64,000 bases of DNA from Neoechinorhynchus agilis (Eukaryota; Animalia; Acanthocephala). The DNA is taken from assembly GCA_051530055.1 (NCBI GenBank), contig CM121342.1:9501480-9565479 (forward strand). The letters run 5' to 3'. Positions 24,063 to 36,344 of this stretch are shown here, piece after piece (within the stretch, counting starts at the first letter, position 1; each line of letters begins with the position of its first letter). The notes under the pieces are model-generated. The model did not search any database, had not been told where the DNA came from, and worked only from the letters and a program-made list of their open reading frames with translations. The translations under genes were made by a program, and so were the position numbers.

Positions 24063-26969
24063 GTGATGATTTTCACGTATAAAGCTCAGCAGCACCACAC
24101 TCGGAACATGAATGCTAGACCACAATATGAAGACGTAAACTTGCCCGCCCAAAACGAGCCAAGTGAAAAGAACATCATCAATACGTCACTTCCAACTTCA
24201 TCAGCCGAGGGTACCGCACTTCCGATCTTCTCAATAGGATTCTGTGAGGTTTATGATAGGATTTTTTCCCTGACGAAAACAGGAGCTATTAGGGTCCATG
24301 GACCTCGCAATTCACGCTGCGGCGGTTCCGGTTCACCCCTAAGTCCATTGATGATGTGCGAGGGAGTATTGTACGAATTCTGCCCCGGAGCGTTCTGAAA
24401 AGAATCCCAAGGGGCGCGTGATTTCAGGCCGCAAAGAGATTCATCCCTATATTGACAGACTGTATCGAGTGTAACTCAGAGTTGTCGTGGATGTGTCTCG
24501 TTGCGTTCCCTATACTAGTGATTTCCGCTGGTGATGCTTCTGAGGGATCTCTGACTACAAAAATAAAAGGGTAAATAAGTTCTTTTCACGAAAATTTTAC
24601 TCAATTCCTTTCGGCAGCATGCGAGCTACGTAAGGAGTGTGCCCAGGAGCGTGTCAATCGCCAAAAGTCAAATCGGTTGCTTGCTGGACGCGTTTCTTCG
24701 AAACTCGCAGACGGAGATGTCAGAGGAGCAGTTCGTCTTTTCTCATCAATGGACAGTCTCGCCCCGGATAACGAAGAAACTCTACGAACTCTTCGTTCCA
24801 AACATCCGAGTGATGACGGTCGGCAGTTTTTCGTTAAATCCTCCTCCTTCGATACGATCCCTTATATTTTATCATCGAAATCAAAAATTGAAGATGGCAA
24901 TATCCTCTTTTGTTAACGTATCAGCTCACGGGCTTGACGGGCTCCGGTACCAAAACCTAAAAGATATGACTTCCTTTTCAGTAGGTGACGCTGCTCATTC
25001 CCTTAAAGATGCATTGGCACGCTTAGTCGACCAATTCTCCGAGGGAGAGTTGATTCCGAAAGCAATTTAGATATTTTTCGGCGCATCTTTGTGTGCCCTC
25101 GCGAAATGGAACAATTCTGCGCCGCTTAACAGCAAACATTTTAAATAAAAGATTGCCGAAAAAGTAGGGATGCTGCTTCGCCCGACTCAATTAGGCTGCT
25201 GTACACCTTGCGGCGCAGAGGCGATTGTTCATTTACTCCTCGCATTCATCACCAGAAACTCAAAGCCGTGCGTGATCTTGAAATTTTATTTTAAGAACGC
25301 ATTCAACACAATTCACCGGGCAGATTTGCTCGAAGTAGTAAGAGATCACGCATCAGAAGCATTTCGCTATTTCGTTAATGCCTATGGGATTCCGACACCC
25401 TTGTTCTTCAATAACCAGGTTTTGTGTTCAGAAAGAGGAGTTCAACAATGGGATCCTTTGGGCCCTAGGCCTTCTCACTCACAGTCAATCTCGTCGCGCA
25501 CTCTCTCCAGTCCAGCCTTAACGGCTGGTACCTGGATGATGTCACGTTCGGAGGTAACCCCTCAGTTGTACATCGCGACTGGGAAACACCCGTGAAGCAG
25601 ATGGCGAAAATTGGCATTGAATGCTACGAAATGCAAGATTTTAGTGATAAACGTGCAAAATGAGGCGTCCGGCAAACTATAGTGAAAGACTTTTAGAACC
25701 TGGCCCCGGGGATAGAATTGATCACTCTAGACCGGTTGAGTATTCTGGAAAGCTGCATTTTTGGTTCTAATGTCGAAGCAGAGATTGCCAATCTTCAACC
25801 GCAACTTTCAGTGCTGCGCGAACGAATTAATGAATTATCCACACACGAAACTCTGTCCTGATCAATAACACCATCTTCATTCCAAAATTGTTGTATAAAC
25901 TGCGCACAGCACCTTTTTAGACATAAGAATAAGTTGGCAAAATTAGACGATGGTAAAAGCCTCTCTCGAGAAAATTTTAAATACAGCTGTCGGACCAGGC
26001 CTGGCGTCAAGCGTCCTTGCCTCTGTCGTCCGGCAGCTTGGGTATCCGAAAAGCTGTTGATATTTCTCTGCTAGCTTATTTGGGATCGTATGAAGCAATC
26101 CGCAAAATATTTTAATCCTTTCTTGGCAAGAATTACACTTTGGATGAAGATTTTGTGGAGGCCCCAATTCCGACAGCGAGCAAGTCCCGGTCAATGGTTG
26201 CAAGCAATCAGTTTGGGACTCACCCCTCGTGGCGAGAATTCATAACTCTTTAATTTTAGATTCTCGTGACCTGGTGAACCGATCTCGATTGGCGGCAGTC
26301 TCTACAAGAGAATCGTGTGCTTGGCTCAACGCTTTCCCATCGCTTCTGTGGGTACCCTCCGACGAGACAGTAGGGATTGCAGTGTCCCTTAGACGTGGGG
26401 TACCGATATGCACATCCCATCGCTGCCGTTGCGGAGCGACCGTGGAACCGCCGGGACGCCATTGTCTACGACACGCCGAAGTGAACGCAATTCTTAACTG
26501 TGCCCTGAATACTGTGAATGCGCCCAACATCTTAGAGCCGAACAATCTTTGCCGACTCGATGGCCGTAGACCGGACGGTGTCACAGTATTCTCGTGACGA
26601 GGGGAGCAAAATGCATTTTCTGGGACGCCACGTCCATGGATACGCTCACAGCCATAACATAAAATTCGCCACTGTTAAACCGGAGGGAGAGCAGCGACCG
26701 CCGCTAAATACCGCAAAAAATTGAATACCGGGACCTGGATCGAGATCATAATTTCGTTCCCTCTGGCGTCGAGACACTCGGGTCGTTTGGTTCCGCGGCG
26801 ATTGAAACGAATCACTGGCGATCAGAGGGCTGGAGCATTCCTCCTACATTACATTAGTCAGGCTGTTCAACGAGGGGGCGCTGCATCCGTCTTTGCGACC
26901 GTTACACCAGGACGGCAGCTGAGTGATCACAGCGGTGGTGTGAATGATTTTACTTCTAAAGTTAACTAA
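24063..26969 (+). mobile_element. Degenerate near-full-length CRE-clade-like non-LTR retrotransposon, copy 2
   Basis: N-terminal zinc-knuckle-like C..DRIFSLTKTGAIRVHGP...C, then GDVRGAVRL, LRPTQLG....GAEAIVH, FKNAFN, QQWDPLGP, HRCRCG, RRPDG (restriction-like endonuclease) and a QRGGAASV tail. Confidence 0.88.
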
Positions 26970-27781
26970 TTGTTTCTAGAGTAAGCTAAAACTATGCAAT
27001 TCTCCCTGAATTTTGCTTTTCTTAAACCACTTCCCCGCGTAGCTTTAAAAACTTAATACACATCACACGAGGTTTTCGGTTACACTCTTACCATTAAGTT
27101 TTTATCTGAAGATCCGTTAAAACTATGAGACTGTCGACTGTAGAAGATACCGACATTGCTACCTATCTCTACCTTTATTGAGAGTTTTAATTTTAAGAAC
27201 ATTGGTTACGCTCGTATTTTGGGCTTTTATAACATTTGTTGATAATCAAATTCGAGTCACATTTTTCCGTAAACAATTGCGAGTTTTCCATGTTTGAGAG
27301 GACTGCTATTGCAGACTTTTTATCATGGCGTTAACCGACAAAGTTCGATTATGGAATTTATATTGAAAAATTCGTTGAGAACTGCTCAGATTTTTTGTTA
27401 CTGTTGGTAATTTATGATAACACATTTAATAATTGTAACGAATTCAATTTGAATAATCCGAAATCGGAGTTATTTTTAACTTAACTCTAGGAAATAATGT
27501 AATAAGGCACATTTGCACAGATGAAATTAACTCGTTTGAATTTTTCTAAGATTAACCATTTGGTTTGGAGTTTATGAGGAAATCTACTTCGTTTTTTGAC
27601 GTCTGGCCAGCCGGTAACTTTTATTCAGTATCTATTTCCGTTTTCCAGGGGCGGGGTTCACAATCCCGGGTTCCCGAGTCAAAACGAACAATCATGTCGT
27701 GTGTTTGTGATAAATTCCTATGAAATTTTTTAGATTGAATTGATAAAATAGGTTTTACAATAATAAAGTACACAACGTCAA

Positions 27782-28208
27782 TTACCGCCGTCCGCAAAAT
27801 TGGAGCTTCGCTCGTTCCTCGGCTGTTGCTATCACGCTAGCAGCATTGCCTCGTTGTACTGCCAGCGAGATATTTTCTCGCAGGAATACACCTGTTCGTG
27901 CGTCGCCGGTCGTTTTTCTCAATTTCTTCGAGAGATCCTGGAGCAGAGTGAGTGCCGAGCTGCCAAGCGCTCCATAGGTCTCTACTCCAAATGGGGACAA
28001 AATAGTGGACCTTGCTAATTCTCTATATTTTCGTACCTTCCTCCCTTCCGCTGCACTGGCTGCACCTCCAACGATTTCGAGAAAGTAGGGGATGTTGTTT
28101 ACTGCGAGGGGCGTGGCGTCCCAGAGAAGGCATTTGCCCTCCCGCCACGGAAAGACCGAAATTCCGTCGGGTCGACGACCGTCTAGTCGACAAATATGGG
28201 CGGGTCAT
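27782..28208 (-). mobile_element. 3' fragment of a CRE-like element (RLE domain)
   Basis: PFGVETYGALGSSALTLLQDLSKKLRKTTGDARTGVFLRENISLAVQRGNAASV. Confidence 0.75.
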
Positions 28209-28313
28209 TCGAAATATACATTCGTATTTAATAATCCATCCTCTCGGGTGTCGATAAGCGACCTAAATAGCAATTGTTTGTGTATTTTTAAAGAATTTCA
28301 CTTCAGATTATTA

Positions 28314-29345
28314 ATGGATGATGTCAAATCGGTTGAAGATAAAAGTGCGCTTACAGTTAAAAGTTCTGCGGACAAATTAGCCGATGAACTTTTAAAACAT
28401 CCATTTTTTATGAAGGAAATTGATGAAAAAGCAGAAGATTTGCCTCCTCTTATTGAAGCTATGCGACAAATAAAATGGGATGAAGATGATAGTTGTGAGG
28501 AGAAAGCGCTTAAACATAAAGAAGAAGGCAATCGGTATTATCGATCAAAGAAATACAGAAACGCCCGAGTTTGTTATTGTGTAGCTCTGGATTTTTTAAA
28601 AGAGGAATCGAATTTCGATGATTTGAAAGCGACATTGTTTCATAACCGTGGATCTACTCAAATAATCCTGGGAAATTACCGATCAGCTATTTGTGATATG
28701 AGTCACTGTGTTCAATTAAAGCCCGATTACTCTAAAGCGATTGCTAAAGCTGCACGGTGTTGCTTGAAGCTCGAAAAGTTTGACGAATGTGATAAGTGGT
28801 GTCAAATGTTTGAGGATAATTGCAGCGCAGATGAAGACGTTTGTAGGGATATAGTGCATATAAGAAAGGAGTGTTTGCAATTGAAGAGAGAAGCTTCTAG
28901 AAAACTGAGGAAACAAGAGGTTGAACAACGTAGTCTGAACGATCGGTTGGTCGAAGCTATTAAGAAGAGAGGATTGTATATTGAAGACCTTAAACATTTT
29001 CCCCATGGAAAGTGCATTTTGAAAGATGAAGTTCTCAAGTGGACGGTGTACTTTGAGTATCCGAACGAGAAAGTAGTTGAGAACGTGAATGAATTTGATG
29101 AGCGATGTACTTTGAGGAGGCAGTTCGAAGAGATGTTAGATGGAGATGAACGTCCAAAGTGGAACCTTGAAGGACTATACCGAAGCACCTCTATTGTTGT
29201 CTTTTTCAAAAATGAACTTACAGGAGTTCCGAAGGAAAATCGATCACCAATTGATTTAGATAAGAGTCTTTGTGAAGTTTTAAGAGACCAAAAGTTTCGC
29301 TTGCATTCAAGTACCAATATTGTTTTTGAAGTTTTTCTCAAATAA
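28314..29345 (+). CDS. TTC4: TPR co-chaperone TTC4/Cns1, intronless
   Basis: HPFFM...PPLIEAMRQIKWD, A..HKEEGN..Y, LFHNR...Q..LGNYRSAI.D and L.WTVYFEYP. The start is placed at MDDVK (28314) because the upstream ORF extension overlaps an antisense TE fragment. Confidence 0.85.
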   Translation: MDDVKSVEDKSALTVKSSADKLADELLKHPFFMKEIDEKAEDLPPLIEAMRQIKWDEDDSCEEKALKHKEEGNRYYRSKKYRNARVCYCVALDFLKEESNFDDLKATLFHNRGSTQIILGNYRSAICDMSHCVQLKPDYSKAIAKAARCCLKLEKFDECDKWCQMFEDNCSADEDVCRDIVHIRKECLQLKREASRKLRKQEVEQRSLNDRLVEAIKKRGLYIEDLKHFPHGKCILKDEVLKWTVYFEYPNEKVVENVNEFDERCTLRRQFEEMLDGDERPKWNLEGLYRSTSIVVFFKNELTGVPKENRSPIDLDKSLCEVLRDQKFRLHSSTNIVFEVFLK

Positions 29346-29580
29346 AGTATTTTGTATAAAATATGGTTTTTTCCGTAAACTCGATGGAGGATATTCCATA
29401 TTTATTGTAGAAAAGGTAAGACGTCTATTTACTTTCAGAATCTTACTCGTGGTTGCAATTTAAGATTCAAAAAAATAAGTGAAACATCGGCTAAAGGTGA
29501 GCAAAACAAGTAACTTTGACGTTGCTCACAAACGACGATAGTATAAAAGAGACTTCGATTCGTCGAATTTACATTTTTTG

Positions 29581-32138
29581 ATGTTAATCAAATCTTTTGT
29601 AAGTTTTGTATAATCATAGACTCTTGCATTCTAAATTAATTTAAAGACATTAGCTCTCACTTTGGCCGTTATTTTTGGAGTGCCTACTGCTGATTATGGT
29701 TAGCCTAAAAAAATTACGTTTCCCACTATGGATTCCTAAGATTGCACTGGGCCAAATGGATTATGTACGAATGAGGACAAAGAGCGATTGGCATATCAAG
29801 CGATCAAACAAATCCATTTTGATATTGACGATGATAAAGATGGCCTTGTTGTGCTTTCAGAGTCTCTCGATGTAAGATAAATTATGCGCACTTTATTTTA
29901 GTTCAACGGAATTGCAGTTTACAGCAGTTGAATTGGAAAAACCAAGCGCTTCATTTTCTAAGAATATGACACCCGCCAAAAATCGTGGGTTTACATCCGA
30001 TGATCTCTGGGATGCTTGGAAAAATTCTACCGGTAATTTGACCCAATTTTTGTCTTTTGTAAAATCTACTCACTTATTTTTCTCAGCACATAAATGGACC
30101 GTGGAAGATGTGGCTAAGTGGATTTCCGAAGATCGGGTATTATCAAGATATCAGTCGTCAATTAAGAATAATTTGATTGACGGCCCTTGTGTACCTCGGT
30201 AAAAAATTTAAGTTAAATTAAACTTACCTTTTCAAGTCTTTTTATTCAGACTCGCCGCTGACGAAAAAGACTACCTAAACTCCATTGTTGGCATAACTGA
30301 CTCTAGTCACCGAAAAAGACTGAAAATAAAAGCACTGGAGATTGTGTTGTTTGGACCCGAAGAGAGTAAGCTGCATAATACACTAATAACCACTTTATAG
30401 CGCGCTTAATTCTATAGAACCCAGATTTACTCGTGCTGAAAAATCAATTTTTGGTTTGACTACAGTTCTTGCTGTTGTCCTTTCTTTGGTACTAATGAAA
30501 AATCGTAGGACACGACTCAGTTTTGAAGTGATGGCCGAAGAACTCAATAGTATAGAGGAAATGAAACGAGATTTGTTGAATTCAAGGTTTGTGAATTTGA
30601 GAATCTGTCATTCTATTGTAGAATTTTATATTTATAAAAACCGAATATATTTACCTGGTTGGGATCATTGCTCCAATTTAGTTGTAACCTTCTCAAATTC
30701 TTTCCATGGAGAATTTATCAAAAAATAGTTCATGCCAAAATAAATGCCCTATACAATCTAAATCATAGCCCGTTAAAAATCACAATAATGGATCTCATGT
30801 TTTTCAAATAACTTTAATAATTCTGACATTTAAACGCATTCTTCATTAGTCAGTCAATCCTATCACTTGATTTTTTTAAAGCAATTGTATTGTCGAATGA
30901 ATATAATGGGAATTTTCCGAGCTGCAATATCACCATTATGTAATTTCGAGTTTTTTAATTGTCTCTACGCATCCATTAAGGAACTCAGCTTGCTAATGGT
31001 AAGTTTCTTCGATAATTATTAAAATTCTTAGAACGACATAGACACCGAAAAAAAGATTTAAACGCCTAATTAGGATAGATTCCATTTTATGTAATAATAC
31101 AATCATTAATGGTTGAAATTTAACTTCATTAACCACGAAATTGAGCACTTTTATATACTTCTATGATTGTTTGAAGATTGAATTAAATTAAATTTTTTAT
31201 TAATTCCGATATTTCGGCACAATCTTGTACGCCTTTATCAAGGTTGCCCGTAATTTTTTTTAAATAAAAATATCGGAATCGATAAATTCTTTTAATTCTT
31301 ACGTCATAAACAAGTACTTCTACGATTGCAATATAAAACTTACACAAAATCGTACGCTGTTTATTTCATTAAAAACATAAAAGAATTAAATATTAAAATT
31401 AAACGCACTACAGTATTCGGAACGCAAGAAGGAGCAGTGCCTACGATATTGATCCAAAATTATTGGGCAAATCGATCGTGCCGTCTTTAGTGAACGATTT
31501 AAAGGTTTGTAAAACAATAAAATATTTAAAACAACAATTTCGCTTTCAGGAGAAAGCAGCCGAGTGCGTTGAGAAAAGACAACATGCTACCACTCCTCAA
31601 GAGGCCATACTTTTATACGAACAAGAACTGAAGATTGTATGCTCTTAATGTCAGAAAGCGGCACCAATGGGTTTCATTTAGCTCCGAAATGCACTGAAAA
31701 GCTGGGAGCAAACAATAGGGCAGACCCGCTCAAAAGATATCAGTGAAAAGCTCATAGAATTACTTCAAAATACTTTTGAAAATGAGGAAAAACTTCTTCA
31801 GTTTAAGAGAGACGTAATCGATCGTGAAATCGAAGATAGTAATCAATACGTATGATTTTTCGCTAAGATTAATTGCTAATCTAAAAACTTTACGAAGATG
31901 GAAAGAATATACGCTAAACAGGCAAATATTTTCGGACAGCTTAGATCAATTCATAATAAAGATACAGAGAATCTGGATTCGAAGTTGGCCCGAGTGAAGT
32001 ACGGTACCATGTTTAATATCCGTTTTAAAATTTCGGCAAAACAGGAAACTCTTCAAGGAAATCAAGAAAGATTTTGACGAAAAAGAAGCGAGATGGTTTC
32101 AGATTTCACAGGAGTGCAAACATAGTTTTTTGGGATGA
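29581..32138 (+). CDS. STIM: Stromal interaction molecule (EF-SAM, TM, coiled coils, SOAR), multi-exon
   Basis: Signal peptide, EF hand IHFDIDDDKDG...ES, DDLWDAWKNS, SAM WTVEDVAKW, HRKRLKIKALEIVLFGP, a TM segment and the SOAR end IFGQLRSIH..LDSKL..RW.QI. All introns examined are GT-AG and keep frame. Confidence 0.85.
31206..31243 (-). ncRNA. Minimal hammerhead (U3-A8 variant) in a STIM intron
   Basis: CC-TTGATAA-A-GGC-gtacaagattgt-GCC-GAAA-TA-TC-GG. A degenerate homolog lies at 14605-14644. Confidence 0.65.
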
Positions 32139-32284
32139 AAAAACGCTTTGCATCTTTTTTTTGGGTGAAAATAGAAAAATATTAATTACAGTGGGAATAT
32201 TCAGCCATTTTTGAAAACTGGAAGCCATGGTGATGCATTTTAATATGTTTACGGGCTAAAACGGTTTAGTTCAATGTTTTTTAA

Positions 32285-32700
32285 TAGTTGGTGGACTGTC
32301 AACTGATTTCTCAACCGCGTGGACAAACCACCCGAGTAAACCGATTTTCGTCGACATGATCGACTCTGACGGAGTAAAACTTCGAAATATTGATGGAAAA
32401 TAAATTGGTTTCAAACTTGTAAACTGCTAAAATAACTACAATCGAAAAGTTCTACACTCGGTTGAGAAATCAGTGGACAATCGACCAATTGATCGACATA
32501 CGGTTCAGCAAAACGATTTTCGTCGACACGATCAAATACTCCACGAACCAAAAGATGCTAAAATCGTTGGAACAAGAGACTATTCTTCAAGCGTTGTATT
32601 TCAACCGAAGTGCTACCGAGATCGAGTGTATTTTTCAGTACCCTGAAGGAGTAAAGCTCCGAAATATTCGTTCGAAAATAGACATTTGTTTTCAACCACA
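32285..32700. repeat. Rearranged PLE-pLTR-derived repeats (about 175-bp tandem plus inverted segments)
   Basis: cgattttcgtcgaca.gatc at about 32341 and 32514. 32288-32320 is inverted at 32461-32490 and also matches 37626-37660. Hammerhead-like ggagtaaa.ct.cgaaatatt occurs twice. Confidence 0.5.
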
Positions 32701-33139
32701 TAAATCGCTAATGTAACGACAATGGAAAAAATGTTTTGAATGCCAATACCCAGCGATTTCTCGGTTTACGAAATTCGGTCATCTGTGATAACGTAGGAAG
32801 GTCTGATCGACCAATCTATTATCATTAAATAATGCCCTAAACAAAAACGAATTTTGCAAATTTTTTGCATTCTGTTATTCAAATTTCAAGAGGATACGAG
32901 CACGTCATTCCGTTACTTGTTTCGTCGCACCAAAAACGGGCTATTTAAGAGCATCGCAAAACTTTAATGACCACTTATTAAGACAAGGAAGGACAAGTGG
33001 CGAAAAACCACACATTGAGTTAGGGGAAAAGATGTTTAATTTTTGTCCCGGATTTAAACTGACTAATTTATTACCTTTTTTAGTACGGGCAACCCATTTA
33101 GTAAATTCTGCAATTGACAACACAATAACAAAACGTTTC

Positions 33140-33420
33140 AACAATCATCACCGTCCACGAAGAAAAGGCATCGCTCTCCCCTGCGTTTCCTCTTTGGATC
33201 GCAAGACCAATGTTTTGGCGCAGGAAGGCACCAGCTCTTGTATTTCCTGTCTTTGCCTGGAGTCTATTCGATAATTCCTCTGTAGGTTTAAGTGCCGAGC
33301 TACCGAGCGCACCAAGAGTCTCCACCCCAAAGGGTACAAAAACGTGAGACCTAGTTAATTCTTTATATTTCGCCGCCTTTCGGTCCTCCGAGCGTTGGTC
33401 GTTTCCTCGGTATTTGATTG
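33140..33420 (-). mobile_element. 3' fragment of a CRE-like element (RLE domain)
   Basis: EDRKAAKYKELTRSHVFVPFGVETLGALG...TGNTRAGAFLRQNIGLAIQRGNA. Confidence 0.75.
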
Positions 33421-34184
33421 GCCCGGTCGTATCAAGAATATTTCTATTGAGCTCCCACTTCAATAGTTGAAATTTGCTTGTAAGTTTTACCGATATTTTA
33501 CGTCGGATAATTCGGACATTATTCCCAGATTTGTCATTTAAAACGCAAACATCATAACGTTGTCTTGTGGACTAGGTAGGCTCGAGCAACGGCTGTACAC
33601 TCTTCCTCGGGGGTTATAGCGGACAAAGAGTCCAGGAACACGGGTTTAACTTTATTTTAAATGAAAAACGTTGTGAAAAATGTCGAAATTATTCGACATG
33701 AAATACCGTAAATAAGTTGGTGAATTTAAATCCGGTGAGGGTGCTCTACCAAAAGGACGTTATTTATGTTTTGTGTGTAACAAATCCAAATCTCCCTAAC
33801 GAGTGAAATTAACTTACGAATCATCTTATCCAGAGCCATTGGATCCAAGAATTCTTGACAGGCGAAATTAAAATTCTTATTCAGCGGCATCAGAATCATA
33901 ACTAAAATATTTTAGTCAAAATAAAGCAACTCAAATTATCATTCTATTCCAACGCAACTTAATTAAATATAAAAGTGAATTTCCCATCCTAAAATGCATT
34001 AGACGATTGGATTTCAGATTAGCAATTAATTAATGATTAGGTTGTTATAATTTTGAAATCATACCAACCACCTTAGTTTCTAACGAATATAAACATCGAG
34101 ATTAGAAACAACGTTGTTTGTTTTCGTTAGGTTTTATTAGCGGACCACTCAACAATATTCCAATCCGTTTAAAGAAATGTCTCT

Positions 34185-34556
34185 CTAAGACAAACTTTGA
34201 CATTCCTCGCCACTTTCGTATGATCTTGCTGCGGCAAACACTGCCTCTGGACTTAAGACTTCTTTTCCGGTATCTCTTCTTTCTAAACGACAAGCATCGG
34301 CTATAAGATTCTTAGCAAAGCTATCAACCGAAATAGTCAACATATCGACGAAACAGTTATCGTAGATCAGAAACGCTTTTGATTTCTTTATATATTTCGA
34401 TATAGATCGTGATTTGAACTCGGGCTTCGTTGAAAAACAAGCATCAACAATCTCTTCTCGACTTATAGTGGAGTTCCGATTTGCTTGTTGCTCAAGAATA
34501 TTCCCTAAATCTGTACGTTGAGTTGAACGCCGCATTTCTAGCGATCTAAAAATCAA
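34185..34556 (-). CDS. Small histone-fold protein, TAF11-like
   Basis: ISKYIKK...VDMLTISVDSFAKNLIADACRL....KEVLSPEAVFAAAR fits the histone-fold helix pattern of TAF11. Assignment is tentative. Confidence 0.45.
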   Translation of the reverse strand: MIFRSLEMRRSTQRTDLGNILEQQANRNSTISREEIVDACFSTKPEFKSRSISKYIKKSKAFLIYDNCFVDMLTISVDSFAKNLIADACRLERRDTGKEVLSPEAVFAAARSYESGEECQSLS

Positions 34557-36344
34557 TCCCGGCGCTTATATTGATCTTTATAATTGGGGTGATTAGATGC
34601 TTGGTGCCCTTAAAATGATAGTTTATAATAAAAATCTAAGCCAGGTTTATCAATTTTATGGGTTTTTTTTGTTGTGGTTTTTTTTTTTTGGTGTTTTGTA
34701 TTTGAGTTGTGGTGATCATAATCCCCCCCCGGATAAAAGATATTTTTTGTAATTTTTTAAAATGTGAGATGATCAATAAAACATATTTTATCCTTAGGAT
34801 TTTCTCATAGTGATTTTTAAATATGTTTCTTTCCAAAACTAAAAAAATGGAATTAAATCATTTACACGCCAATGAACGATTTTAACCTATCAAATACTCT
34901 TAACGCATTAATTATATTAAATTCCATTTTAACAAGACAAAATTCTAATTTTCAATAAAAGCTCCATGATTTTTGTACAAACGTATTCAATATTCTAAAA
35001 GGTTTTTAAATAATTAAACATAAATTGACAAAACAATTAAATTTTGTAAAATTAAACTATCACATGCATCCAACTTCCACAAAATAAAAATATTCAAATG
35101 TTTCATATTTTTGATTAGACTTATAGAATGTTTCAAACGAAAATATGTATTTTTCTTTGGCAAAAAAAATACAACGGCATTTTGCATATCTAAAATCAAA
35201 AGTACAACGTTGCGACGCTTTAATTTTGTAAAATTAGAAAAAAATGACACATCATAAAAAATCAATATTTTGCTAGATTTGAAAAATTCTAATATTTCAT
35301 TAGTGGAAATCAAATTTATGATATTGTCAAACAAAATCCAGTTTAATTAGAAATTGGTTAAATTGCAGTCTTAATCTTTAATTGCAGTTGTACTTTTATG
35401 AATATTTCTGAAGCCAAATAAATAATATCGAGCATTTTGTTCATTTTGTTCAGATTAATTTAGGACTTGGTGAATAATGCGAAATCTAAAACATTACAAA
35501 AGTTTCATTTGTACTTATGGCCAAAGTATCTTTTTTAAGGAAAAGTAATTTCGTTATCGACACATATTTAAAAGCTCATGGAAATTGTAATCAATACAAG
35601 AAAAATGCCAATTTAAATCTTAAAAAGAGAATAAAACAACATTCGTGAATGTTGAAATCTATTAAATTCGACAAAACTTTTTGAGCATTTAACAAAATCA
35701 GGCAATTTAAATTAAAGACGGAACTCAGATTGTTGGTTCGAGTGATTCGTCATAAAGCAAGGTTTAAAAATAAAAATTGATAAAATTTTCCTTTCTAAAC
35801 TCGGATAATTGTTATGGATTTCATAGAATTGCACATTGGTGATAAGTTTGAAGATTGAATCGTTCATATTTTTATTGTTTTTGCGGCACGCAGAAAAATT
35901 AAAATGATTATAAATTTTAAATTCGAGGCACAATCTTCCACGAAATATCGAATGTTAAAATTATTTTTTCTACGTGCCAGAAAATAACCACATTGGTGAT
36001 ATTTTTGTATGCTGCGATCGAAGAATGCTAAAATTAAATCTTTTTTCTCACGAACCACAAGACGGGTAAAGGAAATTCTTTAGGACTCCAGCGCGAAGCC
36101 AAGTTCTTTTTTGAGAACAATTTTACCTGAATTTGGACAAATGATGCCAAAGTTTAGCGTTCGTGTACTATCAAATGGACGTCTCATTAAAGCTTCGGCT
36201 AACGATTCTGTTTGGTTAAAAATGCCCAATCGATCCGAAGGAGATACATCAATGGGATTTCAGCCGATGACTAGATTTGAAGTCTTCTCTAAATTATCAA
36301 AACGGAATCTTTCAGGTATTCATGGCGTGCGATTAAGAAATTAA

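Noticed and set aside
28092-28313. 74-aa N-terminal extension of TTC4 in the ORF track
   Set aside because: Starts at TTG within the antisense of a CRE fragment. TTC4 homology begins after the ATG at 28314.
34636-35400. K/N/I/F-rich ORFs in the ORF track
   Set aside because: Products of very AT-rich low-complexity DNA with homopolymer runs.
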